Positions 26,998 to 36,649 are shown, counted from the first letter of the stretch. The stretch: 64,000 nt of DNA from Candidatus Aminicenantes bacterium (GCA_963726335.1 CAVSCD010000015.1:203790-267789); one strand, 5' to 3'. Numbers and translations: made by a program. Notes: generated from the letters alone by a model not told the origin.

Positions 26998-28089
26998 ATG
27001 AGCTCTTCCTTCCCCCGCCGGACGACCAAGCCGATCCTGGTCGGGGGAGTGCAGGTCGGGGGCGGGGCGCCGGTGGTCGTGCAGTCCATGACCAAGACGC
27101 CCACGCATGACGCCGCGGCGACGGTCGCCCAGATCAGGCGTCTGCAGAAGGCGGGTTGCGAGATCGTACGGCTGGCTGTGCCCGACCGGAGGGCGGCCGA
27201 AGCCCTGCCCGGGATCAAGAAGCGTGTCTCCGTACCCCTCATCGCCGACATCCATTTCGACCACAGGCTCGCCCTGGCCGCGCTGCTGGCCGGGGTGGAC
27301 GGTTTGCGTCTGAACCCGGGGACGATCGGCCCGAGGGAAGGGGTCCGCCGGGTGGTCGCCGCCGCCAGGGAACGGGGAGTACCCATCCGCATCGGCATCA
27401 ACTCGGGCTCGCTCGAGAAACGCCTCCTGGCCCGCTACGGCGGCGCGACGGCCGAAGCGATGGCGGAAAGCGCCCTGGGCCACATCCGGCTCCTCGAAGA
27501 CCTCGGTTTCGACCTCATCAAGGTCTCGCTCAAGGCGTCGGATGTCGCCCGCACCGTGGAGGCCCACCGGATCCTGGCGGGGAAAGTCCCGTATCCCTTT
27601 CATCTCGGGATCACCGAAGCCGGTAACCTGGAAAGCGGCGTGATCAAGTCCTCGGTGGGCCTGGGCATCCTGCTCGGCGAAGGCCTGGGCGATACGATCC
27701 GTGTCTCCCTGACCGCGCCGCCCGAGGACGAGGTGCGCGTCGCCTACTCGATTCTCCGGAGCCTGGGCCTCAGGTCGCGGGGAGTCAATCTGGTCACCTG
27801 TCCGACCTGCGGCCGGGTCGAGGTCGACATGATGAGATACGCCGCCGCGGTTTCGAGAGGGCTCCAGTCGATCGAGGTCCCGCTCACCGTGGCCTTGATG
27901 GGCTGCGCGGTCAACGGCCCGGGAGAGGCCCGGGAAGCCGATGTCGGCATCGCCTGCGGCAGGGGAGCCGGGACCCTGTTCAGGAAAGGAAAGCTGGTGC
28001 GGCGGGTCGAGGCCGGACGGATCGTGGCCGAGCTTGTCGCCGAAGCGAAAAAGCTGGCCGCGGAAAGATCGAAAGTCCAAGGAATATGA
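26998..28089 (+). CDS. ispG: 4-hydroxy-3-methylbut-2-en-1-yl diphosphate synthase
   Basis: 363 aa, GcpE family. Carries the C-terminal CPTCGR ... GCAVNGPGE cluster motifs. Confidence 0.9.
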   Translation: MSSSFPRRTTKPILVGGVQVGGGAPVVVQSMTKTPTHDAAATVAQIRRLQKAGCEIVRLAVPDRRAAEALPGIKKRVSVPLIADIHFDHRLALAALLAGVDGLRLNPGTIGPREGVRRVVAAARERGVPIRIGINSGSLEKRLLARYGGATAEAMAESALGHIRLLEDLGFDLIKVSLKASDVARTVEAHRILAGKVPYPFHLGITEAGNLESGVIKSSVGLGILLGEGLGDTIRVSLTAPPEDEVRVAYSILRSLGLRSRGVNLVTCPTCGRVEVDMMRYAAAVSRGLQSIEVPLTVALMGCAVNGPGEAREADVGIACGRGAGTLFRKGKLVRRVEAGRIVAELVAEAKKLAAERSKVQGI

Positions 28090-28092
28090 ACA

Positions 28093-29042
28093 ATGGCTCA
28101 AGATAGCCCCGTACCCAAAGCCGTGCTGGTCAAGCTCGAAAGGCTGCAGGAGATCCTCCGCGGGATGAAGAAGACGCTCGTCGCCTTTTCCGGGGGAGTG
28201 GACAGCACCCTGCTCCTCAAGGTGGCGCTTGACGTTCTGGGCCGGGAGGCGTTCGCGGTCATCGCCGGCTCCGAAACCTATCCGGAGCGGGAAGTCCGCG
28301 CAGCCCGCGCGCTCGCCCGGCGGCTGGGCGCCCAAGCCGCGGTCATCCGGACACGGGAGATCGACAACCCGGCCTTTTACGAGAACTCTCCCAGGCGCTG
28401 TTATCACTGCAAGCTCGAGCTCTTTTCGCTCCTCAGGAAGATGGCCGACGAGCGCGGCATCCCGTACGTGCTCGACGGCTCGAACGCCGATGACCGGAGC
28501 GACTACCGCCCGGGTCGGAGGCCGGCCGGGAGCTCGAAGTCCGCTCACCCCTCCAGGAAGCGGGCCTGACCAAGGCGGACATCCGGGTCCTCTCCAGGAT
28601 GTACGGCCTTCCCACCTGGAACAAGCCCTCCATGGCCTGCCTGGCCTCAAGGTTCCCTTATCACGTTCCGATCGAGCGCGCCAACCTCGTCCGGGTGGCC
28701 AAGGCCGAGGACGCCCTGCGGCAGCTCGGGTTCGTTCAGTTGCGCGTCCGGCACCACGGCGACATCGCCCGGATCGAGGTCACGGCCGAAGACATCCCCA
28801 AGCTCCTGGCCGGACCGGTCAGGCGGAAGATCGCGACCCGGTTCAAGAAGCTGGGATATATCTACGTGACCCTCGACCTCGAGGGCTACCGCACCGGCAG
28901 CCTCAACGAACCCCTGAAGAAGGGTCGCCGCCCCAAAAGCCTGACAGCCCCGAACGCTGCCGACGGGTTTCTTCGATTGCGGAGAGATCAGCCGTCGGAT
29001 GGCCGCAGCGACCATGAGAGGTGTTTAGCCATCGCGAAATGA
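28093..29042 (+). CDS. PP-loop ATP pyrophosphatase of the LarE/TIGR00268 family (sulfur-transferase-like); one frameshift, and a 3' tail that runs into a repeat element
   Basis: SGGVDS PP-loop in ORF 28093..28569. The continuation RELEVRSPLQEAGLTKADIRVLSRMYGLPTWNKPSMACLASRF ... GYRTGSLNE lies in the frame of ORF 28599..29042. The shift is near 28518..28530. Conserved sequence ends at about 28910; the remaining codons and the stop lie inside repeat copy A3. Confidence 0.7.
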
Positions 29043-29262
29043 CCTCTCGACGGGAACCCGCGTTCCGGGCGGCGAGTATGTATTGAGCTCAACGCGGCAA
29101 ACGGATACGCACCGAAAAGCAAAGAGAATCAAAATCAGCCGAGGTGATCTGGAACGCGAGGTTAGCAGCCGCCGAGAAGGGCGTTTCGCGAGCGGCGTTA
29201 AAAACCCGAACGGGCGCCGGGCCGCCGATGGCTGATCTCTCTGGGGCATCTAGCCCATTCCT
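28935..29262 (-). repeat. interspersed intergenic element, copy A3 (reverse orientation)
   Basis: The reverse complement shares identical blocks CGCCCTTCTCGGCGGCTGC and GAGCTCAATACATACTCGCCGCCCG with copy A2. It has its own closing helix: forward 28981..29006 GGAGAGATCAGCCGTCGGATGGCCGC pairs with 29221..29241 GCCGCCGATGGCTGATCTCTC. Confidence 0.75.
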
Positions 29263-29291
29263 ACTGGCGCAATTGGATAGTGGACGGATTC

Positions 29292-30263
29292 CTAATTCAC
29301 CAGATTGTCGGGGCGCTCGCCGCGCAATCCCTGGATGAGGTTCCGCGCCGCCGCCATGGCCATCGCCAGGCGCGTCCCGCGGGTGGCGCTGCCGATATGG
29401 GGGAGGAGGACGACATTGTCGAGAGCCGTCAGCCGTGGCTCGATCTCGGGCTCCCTCTCATAGACGTCCAGGCCCGCGGCCCCGAGCCTTCCGCTCTCCA
29501 GGGCGTCGGCCAGGGCGGCCTCGTCGACGATCGGACCCCGGGCGACGTTGACGAGAAGAGCGTCGCGCTTCATCAGGCTCAGCTTTTGCGCCGACAGGAG
29601 ATGCGTTGTCTGGGGGTTCAGCACGGCGTGGACGGTGACGATATCGGCCGTTTGGAGAAGCTCGTCGAGGGGCAGCCAGGTCGATCGCAGGCCCGCCTCG
29701 GACTCGGCCGGAAGCCGGTGCGGATCGTGGTAGACGATTTCCATCCCGAACCCGGAGGCGCGCCGGGCGACGGCCTGCCCGATCCTCCCGAACCCGATAA
29801 TGCCCAAACGCTTGCCGTAGATATCCATTCCCAGGAAAAGGTCGAGCTCCCAGCCGAGGAACTTTCCCTCCCGGGTGAACCGGTCGGCCTGCGGGATCTT
29901 CCGGGCGGCGGCCAGGATAAGGGCCCACGTGAGATCGGCGGTCGCCTCGGTCAAAACGCCCGGAGTGTTGCTGACCAAGATACCCCGCTCTCGGGCTGCT
30001 TGGAGGTCGATGTTGTCGACGCCAACGGCGCAGTTGGCGATCATCCGGAGCTTGGGCGCGGCGTCGATGATCTCCCGGTCGATCCGGTCGACAAGAAGCG
30101 TGAGCAGCCCCTCCTTGTCCGAGATCCTTTCTTTGAGGTGCTCCCGTGCATACCCTCGGGGGTCCGTGCCGCCTTCGACCTCGGCCTGCGACGTCAGATA
30201 GGCCATGGCTTCCGGCAACAACCTCCGGGTCACCAGGACTTTGGGACTCATCTCAATCGCCAT
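29292..30263 (-). CDS. D-isomer-specific 2-hydroxyacid dehydrogenase (glyoxylate/hydroxypyruvate reductase-like)
   Basis: GIIGFGRIGQAVARRA NAD motif, and the catalytic R/E/H context (VARGPIVDE, LPHIGSAT). Confidence 0.85.
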   Translation of the reverse strand: MAIEMSPKVLVTRRLLPEAMAYLTSQAEVEGGTDPRGYAREHLKERISDKEGLLTLLVDRIDREIIDAAPKLRMIANCAVGVDNIDLQAARERGILVSNTPGVLTEATADLTWALILAAARKIPQADRFTREGKFLGWELDLFLGMDIYGKRLGIIGFGRIGQAVARRASGFGMEIVYHDPHRLPAESEAGLRSTWLPLDELLQTADIVTVHAVLNPQTTHLLSAQKLSLMKRDALLVNVARGPIVDEAALADALESGRLGAAGLDVYEREPEIEPRLTALDNVVLLPHIGSATRGTRLAMAMAAARNLIQGLRGERPDNLVN

Positions 30264-30321
30264 CGGCTGAACTGATCAATCCGGCGGGGCCGGAGAGCCT
30301 GAGGTTTGGGGAGGGGAGGAG

Positions 30322-30373
30322 AGGAAAAGAAGACGAGGCGAAAGGCCGAGGTCAAACTCAGCCTTTCGCCTCG
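30322..30373 (-). terminator. rho-independent terminator after exbD
   Basis: Perfect 13-bp stem CGAGGCGAAAGGC (30334..30346) / GCCTTTCGCCTCG (30361..30373) with a 14-nt loop. On the minus strand it is followed by TCTTCTTTTCC. Confidence 0.6.
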
Positions 30374-30420
30374 CTCCGTGGACTCAAAATCAATCCTTCG
30401 ATCGAGCCGGCTTGACGGCC

Positions 30421-30852
30421 CTACTGGCCGCTCTTTTCCGTCTGGACGTCGGTGATGATGCCGATCAGCTCGATCCCGGCTTCCTTGACGAGCTCGAGCA
30501 CGCCGCCCGGCTCGACGAGCTTGCCGTATTCCAGATCCTGGTCAACCTTCAGGTAGAGCTTCTTCTCGCTGGCCGTGAGGAACGCGTCTTCCAGCAGCTG
30601 CTGCAGGTTTTCCATCGTGGCCTTGTCCTGGTTGACGTACATCGTCCCGTCCTTGCGGACGGCCAGGACGACCTCGGGCTCATCCGGCATGCTGATGGTG
30701 TTCAACGCGGTCGGCAGTCTGACGTCGACGCCTTTCTGGACAAGCGGGGTCACAACCATGAAGATGATGAGCAGGACGAGCAGGACGTCGCAAAGAGGGA
30801 CGACGTTGGGCTCGGATTTGACCTTTTCCTTGCCGCCCATTGAAAATCCCAT
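30421..30852 (-). CDS. exbD: biopolymer transport protein ExbD/TolR
   Basis: 143 aa with a single N-terminal TM (PLCDVLLVLLIIFMVVTP) and ExbD-size periplasmic domain. Confidence 0.85.
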   Translation of the reverse strand: MGFSMGGKEKVKSEPNVVPLCDVLLVLLIIFMVVTPLVQKGVDVRLPTALNTISMPDEPEVVLAVRKDGTMYVNQDKATMENLQQLLEDAFLTASEKKLYLKVDQDLEYGKLVEPGGVLELVKEAGIELIGIITDVQTEKSGQ

Positions 30853-30915
30853 ATTACGCCTCGCTTCCCGGACAGGCGCGAACGCCCGCTCCGGAATATA
30901 GCCTTAAGAATAAGC

Positions 30916-31590
30916 TCAGGCTTCGTGCTTTCTCATAAAGAAATCGACGATCTGCGAGGTGGTGTTGTCCATCTCGGCCTGGTAGACCTCGATTTTTGCG
31001 TTCAGGATGTTGTAGCACCAAAGAGCGATGATGGCCACGCCGATCCCAAAGGCCGTGGTGACGAGGGCTTCGGCGATACCACCGGCGACGGCGCCGATGC
31101 CGCCCGAACCCGTCAGGGCCATGCCGCGGAAGGCGTTGATGATGCCGGCGATCGTCCCGAACAGCCCGATGAAGGGGGCGGACGTGGCGATCGTGGCCAG
31201 AGTGCTCAGGCCCCGCTTCAGGTCCTGGGTGAAGATGACCGCGGCCCGCTCGCTGCCGCGCTGGGCGGTCTCGACCTGGTCATCCAGGGCCAGTCCCGCC
31301 TGTTTAGCTTCCAGGAATTCGCGGATCCCGGCAGCCGTAACGCGGGCCAGGTGGCTGCCCGTATTCTCTTTCTTGGTGGAGAGAGTCAGGGCTTCCTGGA
31401 GCTGTCCCTTTTTCAGGTATTCCGCGAGCTTCGGGGCAACCGCTTTGGATTTGCCTCTGGCTCTCCGGAAGACGAGCTGTCTCTCGACGAAAAGATAGAG
31501 GGAGACGATGGACAGGGCGATCAGGATGATGGCCACGGCTTTGGCGACCGGACCCATGGCGGACCACATTTCGATCAGACCAAATTGCAT
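30916..31590 (-). CDS. exbB: MotA/TolQ/ExbB proton-channel protein
   Basis: 224 aa with three TM segments and the conserved TSAPFIGLFGTIAGIINAF segment. Confidence 0.85.
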   Translation of the reverse strand: MQFGLIEMWSAMGPVAKAVAIILIALSIVSLYLFVERQLVFRRARGKSKAVAPKLAEYLKKGQLQEALTLSTKKENTGSHLARVTAAGIREFLEAKQAGLALDDQVETAQRGSERAAVIFTQDLKRGLSTLATIATSAPFIGLFGTIAGIINAFRGMALTGSGGIGAVAGGIAEALVTTAFGIGVAIIALWCYNILNAKIEVYQAEMDNTTSQIVDFFMRKHEA

Positions 31591-31636
31591 GTTCGATACC
31601 TCCTTGTTAGATCTCGAAAACCATTCTGTAGGTTAT

Positions 31637-32419
31637 CTATTTTAACTGAAATCTCACCGTGACGGTGAAGATAACCCCCCGGGGACGGCCATTGATGATC
31701 ATCGGCTCGTAGACCCACTGCCGGACGGCGTCGATCGCCGCCTGGTCAAGCAAGGGGATCGATCTCAGGACCTTGACGTTCTGGACGCGGCCGTAGATAT
31801 CGGTCGTGGCCTCGACGATGACCACGCCCTCGACCCGGGCCTGGCGGGCGATCTCGGGATAGGCCGGATCGACCTTCTTGAGGAGCTTGGGCGGTTTGAT
31901 CTCGCCGATGGCGCGGACGGGCGCTTCGACTTCGCCGACGACGCCGCCCAGGACGCCGCCGACGACGCCGCCGAGCACGCCGCCGACGACGCCGCCTTCA
32001 ACTCCGCCCTCGACTCCGCCTTCGACGCCGAAATCAGAGATCTGCTCTTCGGCGATCTCCTCGGGGATATCGACGGGCGCGACCAGCCGGCCGGGCTCGA
32101 TGTTCTGCTGCTGCTGAACGGGCTTGATCCGCGTCTTGGCCTGGGACGCGGCGCGCTTCTTGGCCGGCGGCGGCGGGGGAGGCGGCGGCGGGGGAGGCGG
32201 TGCGAGGAAGGCGCTGGTGATCTCGACTCTGGGAAGGTCGGTGCTTGTGGAGATCAGCGGGAGGACGACCAGGGCGGCGAGAATGGCGAGATGGACAATG
32301 AGGGCGAAGGGGAAAGCGAACGCCCTTCGCGCGGCCTGCTTTTCGCCGACAAAAAACGAATCCTTGAAAAGCTCGGGGACGTCGTTCTTCTGAGGCATTT
32401 TTTTCTCGACCATAGTCAT
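31637..32419 (-). CDS. tonB: TonB-family energy transducer
   Basis: N-terminal anchor, a P12 tract, a Gly-Val repeat linker and a C-terminal TonB domain (PAYPEIARQARVEGVVIVEATTDIYGRV). Sits upstream of exbB-exbD. Confidence 0.8.
   Translation of the reverse strand: MTMVEKKMPQKNDVPELFKDSFFVGEKQAARRAFAFPFALIVHLAILAALVVLPLISTSTDLPRVEITSAFLAPPPPPPPPPPPPAKKRAASQAKTRIKPVQQQQNIEPGRLVAPVDIPEEIAEEQISDFGVEGGVEGGVEGGVVGGVLGGVVGGVLGGVVGEVEAPVRAIGEIKPPKLLKKVDPAYPEIARQARVEGVVIVEATTDIYGRVQNVKVLRSIPLLDQAAIDAVRQWVYEPMIINGRPRGVIFTVTVRFQLK
31935..32030 (-). repeat. in-frame 15-nt periodic coding repeat within tonB (GGVxG units)
   Basis: The forward strand reads GACGCCGCC-N4-AC reiterated about six times. It encodes GVEGGVEGGVEGGVVGGVLGGVVGGVLGGVVG. 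An adjacent (CCG/CCC)n tract at about 32164..32201 encodes 12 prolines. Confidence 0.8.
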
Positions 32420-32449
32420 GACCTCATTTCCGGATTCAAATTCCGACTA

Positions 32450-32478
32450 AGTATAATTAAAAAAGTATATTTTGACAA
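32450..32478 (-). promoter_or_regulatory. sigma70-like promoter candidate for tonB-exbBD
   Basis: On the minus strand: TTGTCA (32478..32473), 17-nt spacer, TATACT (32455..32450). A GAGG RBS follows, then ATG at 32419. Confidence 0.45.
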
Positions 32479-32490
32479 GTCCCAATTTGC

Positions 32491-33645
32491 TCACCGCCGG
32501 GCTCCCTGGGTGGGCTTGATAAACTTGTTCCAGAGCAGCACGATCGGGCACGACAGATAGATCGTCGAGTACACGCCTTCGATCGTACCCACGAGCATCA
32601 GGAAGGCGAAATCGTTGATGACTTCGCCGCCGAAAAAGAACAGGGCGAGGACCGTCAGGAAGACCGTTCCCGAGGTGATGATCGTTCGTCCCAGCGTCTG
32701 GTTGAGGCTCAGGTCCATCAGCTCCTCGAGCGGCATCTTGCGCTGGGCTTTCTGGTTCTCCCGGATCCGGTCGAAGATGACGATCGTATCGTTGATCGAG
32801 AAACCGACGATCGTCAGCAGGCCGGCGATGATGGGCAGGTTGATCTCCCGGTTGGTGAAGGAGAAGATGCTCAGCGTGATCAGCACGTCCTGCGTCAAAG
32901 TGAAGATGGCGGCGACCCCGTAGGCCAGCTTGAACCGGACGGCGATGTACACGAGCATGCCGATGAGCGACCAGATGATCGCCTGGGTCGCCCGCTTGCG
33001 CAGGTCCTTTCCGACTTGCGGCCCCACGGTCTCCCGGCTCATCACGGTCATTTTGCCGAGATAAGTTTTATCCTTGAGGAAAGCCAGGACGCCGGGCTCG
33101 ATGCCGGTTCCCGAGACCTCCGCGAAGTCGCCGAAAATGCCGGTCGTGTTGCGCTGGGCGATGATCTTCCGGGCGAGCTCCTCGCCCTGGCCGGAAAAGC
33201 CCGTATTGAGCAGGGCCGCCAGCGTGTTGAGGTCGAGGGTGTTGAGGTCCCTCAGGCCGCGGGCCTGTTCGGCCTGGCCGTCCGTGCCGCGGAGCGCTTC
33301 GATGACCTTGTTGCCCAGGATCTCGTGGCTCTCCATGGTTTCGTCGGCTTTGGTGCTGGCGACTTCCATCGTCCGGATCTGGAACTCGCGCCCGCTTTTG
33401 CCGGTCTCCTGGATGACGCTGCCGCCGAGGCCCACTTCGGCGAGCCGCTGGCGGACGTCGGAAACGGACACGGGCGTCTTGAATACCAGCCGGACGAGCG
33501 TGCCCTCGCCGAAATCGACCCCGAGCTTGAGCCCGCGACCCAGGACGATGTTGAGCAAGCCGGCGAGAATGATGACGGCCGTGACCGCCAGGGCCACGTA
33601 CCTGTATTTCAAAAACCTGATATGCGGTGTCTTGAAGAGTTGCAT
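32491..33645 (-). CDS. secF: protein translocase subunit SecF
   Basis: 384 aa with the SecD/SecF C-terminal TM bundle (FSINDTIVIFDRIREN). Directly follows secD. Confidence 0.9.
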   Translation of the reverse strand: MQLFKTPHIRFLKYRYVALAVTAVIILAGLLNIVLGRGLKLGVDFGEGTLVRLVFKTPVSVSDVRQRLAEVGLGGSVIQETGKSGREFQIRTMEVASTKADETMESHEILGNKVIEALRGTDGQAEQARGLRDLNTLDLNTLAALLNTGFSGQGEELARKIIAQRNTTGIFGDFAEVSGTGIEPGVLAFLKDKTYLGKMTVMSRETVGPQVGKDLRKRATQAIIWSLIGMLVYIAVRFKLAYGVAAIFTLTQDVLITLSIFSFTNREINLPIIAGLLTIVGFSINDTIVIFDRIRENQKAQRKMPLEELMDLSLNQTLGRTIITSGTVFLTVLALFFFGGEVINDFAFLMLVGTIEGVYSTIYLSCPIVLLWNKFIKPTQGARR

Positions 33646-33646
33646 G

Positions 33647-35182
33647 TTAGATACTCAGCGTCTTGGCGGTCTTGGGAATGGTCGCGTCGAAGATGACCCG
33701 GGACACGAAAACGGCCGTGAACAGGTTGGCCAGCAGGCCGATGATCAGCGTCACGGCGTAACCCTTGATCGGGCCCGTGCCGAACTGGAAGAGGAAGATG
33801 GCCGAGATGATCGTCGTCACGTTGGAGTCGAAGATGGCGGTGAAGGCCCGGCCGAACCCCTGGGCGATGGAGTTTTTCACGCCCTTGCCCAGGGCCAGCT
33901 CCTCTTTGATCCTCTCGAAGATGAGGACGTTCGCGTCGACGGCCATGCCGATCGACAGGATGATGCCGGCGATGCCCGGCAGGGTCAGGGTGGCCTTGAA
34001 ATAGCCGAGCGCGCCGAACAGGATGACGACGTTCAGGATCAGGGCGGCCAGGGCATTCAGCCCGGACATCCGGTAGAAAAACACCAGGAAGGCCATGATG
34101 GCGATGATGGCCACCAGGCCGGCCATGAGCCCCTGGCGCACGGAATCCGATCCCAGGGCGGGGCCGATCGTCCTCTCCTCGAGGTACTGGATGCCCGCCG
34201 GGAGCGCCCCGGCCTTGAGGACCACGACCAGGTCGGTGGCTTCCTCGATGGTATAGCGCCCGCGGATGATGCCGCTGCCCGATATCCTGTCCTCGACCCG
34301 CGGCGCCGAGATGACCTTTTTATCCAGGATGATGGCGATCTCTTTGCCGATGTTTTCCCCTGTCACCTGCTCGAAACGGCGCGACCCCTCGGGGCTGAGC
34401 GAGAACGAGACCGCGGGGCTGTTCCATTCGTCCTGCGACTGCCTGACCGAGCGCAGGTCCTTGCCCGTGACGGCGGCGACTGTATCGACGAGATAAAACC
34501 CGCCCGCGGACCGCTTCGGGTCGCCGCGGACGACTTCGGCGTCCGCCGGGACGGGGACACCCTCGCCGCCGAGCAGGGCGGCCTCGGTCTCGGCCGGACC
34601 GGCCTTGACGAGCTTCCATTCGAGGACGGCCGTCACCTTGATCAGGTTCTTAACCCGGTCGGGGTCTTCGACACCGGGGAGCTCGACCACCAGGCGGTCG
34701 GCGCCCTGCCGCTGGATCAGCGGCTCGGCGACTCCGAACTCGTCGATCCGGTTCCGGAGCGTCTCGAGCGTCTGGCTGACGGCCTGGTCTTTGAGGACCT
34801 GGATGGCCGTCGGTTTCAAAACGAAGGCCATCCGGTCGCCGACGAAGGAATAATCCCAATCCCGGGTGTACTGGTCGACGAGGTCCCTGGCTTTGCTTTC
34901 CTGGTCGAGCGCCAGGCCTTCGATATAAAAGCGCCCCGGCTTCTCCTTGGCGGCCGCCGTGAAGGTGATCGCGTTCCGCTTGAACAGGTCCTGGAACCGG
35001 GTGATCTCCTGGTCGGTTTCGGCGTTGATGGCGTCCTCGGTCATAACTTGGAGGACCAGGTGGATGCCGCCCTTGAGGTCGAGGCCGAGCTTGATCTTTT
35101 CGCGGGGGGGATAGGCGAGGAATATCGCGAGCGCGACGACGCCGAGCGTCAGGAGCACCCGCCAACGGAGGGAGGATTTCAT
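33647..35182 (-). CDS. secD: protein translocase subunit SecD
   Basis: 511 aa with a large periplasmic domain plus a TM bundle (MAVDANVLIFERIKEE). Confidence 0.9.
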   Translation of the reverse strand: MKSSLRWRVLLTLGVVALAIFLAYPPREKIKLGLDLKGGIHLVLQVMTEDAINAETDQEITRFQDLFKRNAITFTAAAKEKPGRFYIEGLALDQESKARDLVDQYTRDWDYSFVGDRMAFVLKPTAIQVLKDQAVSQTLETLRNRIDEFGVAEPLIQRQGADRLVVELPGVEDPDRVKNLIKVTAVLEWKLVKAGPAETEAALLGGEGVPVPADAEVVRGDPKRSAGGFYLVDTVAAVTGKDLRSVRQSQDEWNSPAVSFSLSPEGSRRFEQVTGENIGKEIAIILDKKVISAPRVEDRISGSGIIRGRYTIEEATDLVVVLKAGALPAGIQYLEERTIGPALGSDSVRQGLMAGLVAIIAIMAFLVFFYRMSGLNALAALILNVVILFGALGYFKATLTLPGIAGIILSIGMAVDANVLIFERIKEELALGKGVKNSIAQGFGRAFTAIFDSNVTTIISAIFLFQFGTGPIKGYAVTLIIGLLANLFTAVFVSRVIFDATIPKTAKTLSI

Positions 35183-35186
35183 CGGA

Positions 35187-35528
35187 CTATCTGACTTCCG
35201 GTTGCGTTTGCTGCTGCTTGAGGATGACGGCCACGGAGCTCTTGGTGATATCGATCTTGACGTTGGCCGAGACCTTGAGCTCGATCCGGTCCGGCTGAAC
35301 GCCCATGATCGTCCCGTAGATGCCGCCCGAGGTGATGATCTGGTCGCCCGGCTTGAGCTGCTCGACCATGTTCTGGTGCTTTTTCTGGCGGTTCTTCTGG
35401 GGCATCACGATGAGAAGGTAGAAGATCACGAAGACGAGGATGAAGGGGATCAGCGCCGTGACGAAGCTTCCTCCCTGGGGGCGGCCAGGCGCGGCCTGGA
35501 CCGACATCATAAAAGCTGCGATGGTCAT
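35187..35528 (-). CDS. yajC: preprotein translocase subunit YajC
   Basis: 113 aa with a single TM and LKPGDQIITSGGIYGTI. Classic tgt-yajC-secDF order. Confidence 0.85.
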   Translation of the reverse strand: MTIAAFMMSVQAAPGRPQGGSFVTALIPFILVFVIFYLLIVMPQKNRQKKHQNMVEQLKPGDQIITSGGIYGTIMGVQPDRIELKVSANVKIDITKSSVAVILKQQQTQPEVR

Positions 35529-36649
35529 GTTATGCCTTCCTCGATGTGTCCGCTGAACTGATTCTTAAATTCGTGGAACGAATTTGAGGCCATAGATTGC
35601 CTCATTTTCCGGAAGATGTCAAGATAAAACCAGAGATTGTGGACGGTGTTGAGGACGGCCGCCGAGATCTCGTCCCTCTCATAAAGATGCCGGAGGTAAG
35701 CCCGCGAAAAACGGCGGCAGGTGGGGCAGCCGCAGGCCTCGTCGACCGGCCGGAAATCCCGGGCGTATTTCTGGTTTTTGATCACGATCCGGCCGCGGCT
35801 GGTGAAGAGCGTGCCATTACGGGCGTTCCGGGTGGGCAGCACGCAGTCGAACAGGTCGACGCCCCGCTCGACCGCGGCGACGATGTCCTCGACATACCCC
35901 ATGCCCATGAGATAGCGGGGCCTGTCCTTGGGGATGAGCGAATCCGAGCGCTCGAGTGTCTCGAGCAGCTCGGCCTTGGGCTCACCGATCCCCAGGCCGC
36001 CCAGCGCGTAACCGTCGAAACCGATCTCGAGCAGCTCTTCGATGCTCCGGCGGCGCAAGTCCCAATGAACGCTCCCCTGGCTGATGCCCCACAGATGCTG
36101 CGCGGTCTCTGTCTCGACGAACCTGTCCTTGGCCCGGCGCGCCCATAGGGTCGTCTTCCGGACGGCCTCTTCCGCCTTCTCGCGGGTCGACGGGTAGGGA
36201 GCGAAGTAATCGAGCGCCATCATGATATCCGTGCCCAGGGCCCGCTGGATATCGACGACGTCTTCCGGGCGGAGGAAGATCTTCGTCCCGTCAAGATGCG
36301 ACGAGAACCTCACGCCGTCGTCGGTGACCTTGACGAGAGGGGAGAGGCTGTAGATCTGGAAGCCCCCGCTGTCGGAGAGGATGGGGTGGTCCCACGCTAT
36401 GAACTTGTGCACTCCGCCGGCCGCGACGACGGTCTCGAGGCCCGGCCTTAAATATATATGGTAGGCGTTGATGAGGATGAGCTGGGCGCCGAGAGCTTCG
36501 ACCTGGTCGTGGAGGAGGGCCTTGACCGTGCCCTGGCTCGCCACCGGGGCGAAGGCGGGCGTCTCGATCGGGCCGTGGGGCGTCAGGATCCGGCCCGCCC
36601 TGGCCGACGAGCGGGGGTCGGCGGCGGTGACCTCGAACCCTTTGATCAT
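35525..36649 (-). CDS. tgt: queuine tRNA-ribosyltransferase
   Basis: 374 aa with DSGGFQ and DCVLPTRNARNG, and zinc-site residues CGCPTC...H. Confidence 0.9.
   Translation of the reverse strand: MIKGFEVTAADPRSSARAGRILTPHGPIETPAFAPVASQGTVKALLHDQVEALGAQLILINAYHIYLRPGLETVVAAGGVHKFIAWDHPILSDSGGFQIYSLSPLVKVTDDGVRFSSHLDGTKIFLRPEDVVDIQRALGTDIMMALDYFAPYPSTREKAEEAVRKTTLWARRAKDRFVETETAQHLWGISQGSVHWDLRRRSIEELLEIGFDGYALGGLGIGEPKAELLETLERSDSLIPKDRPRYLMGMGYVEDIVAAVERGVDLFDCVLPTRNARNGTLFTSRGRIVIKNQKYARDFRPVDEACGCPTCRRFSRAYLRHLYERDEISAAVLNTVHNLWFYLDIFRKMRQSMASNSFHEFKNQFSGHIEEGIT

Noticed and set aside
25849-28650. 933-aa ORF on the minus strand spanning rseP, ispG and the LarE-like gene
   Set aside because: It is antisense to three genes with diagnostic motifs (HEFGHF, the IspG cluster motifs, the SGGVDS PP-loop). 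Its translation is dominated by R, G, P, D and A, with no recognisable motif. Long open antisense frames are expected at this G+C content.
31935-32030. Short regular repeats as a possible CRISPR array
   Set aside because: The 15-nt periodicity lies inside the tonB reading frame and encodes a Gly-Val linker. There are no spacers of unique sequence. No CRISPR-like repeat-spacer array or cas gene is visible anywhere in the window.
33074-35194. 706-aa plus-strand ORF antisense to secD/secF. Similar long antisense ORFs occur at 40962..43349, 22833..24407, 12086..13426, 16631..17872, 14696..15871, 38163..38966, 53910..55190 and 60108..61073.
   Set aside because: All lie opposite genes identified by strong family motifs (SecDF, RecD2, UppS/CdsA, Sat, Ugd, LepB, M50 protease, FabH). 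All have the same R/G/P/D-biased composition.
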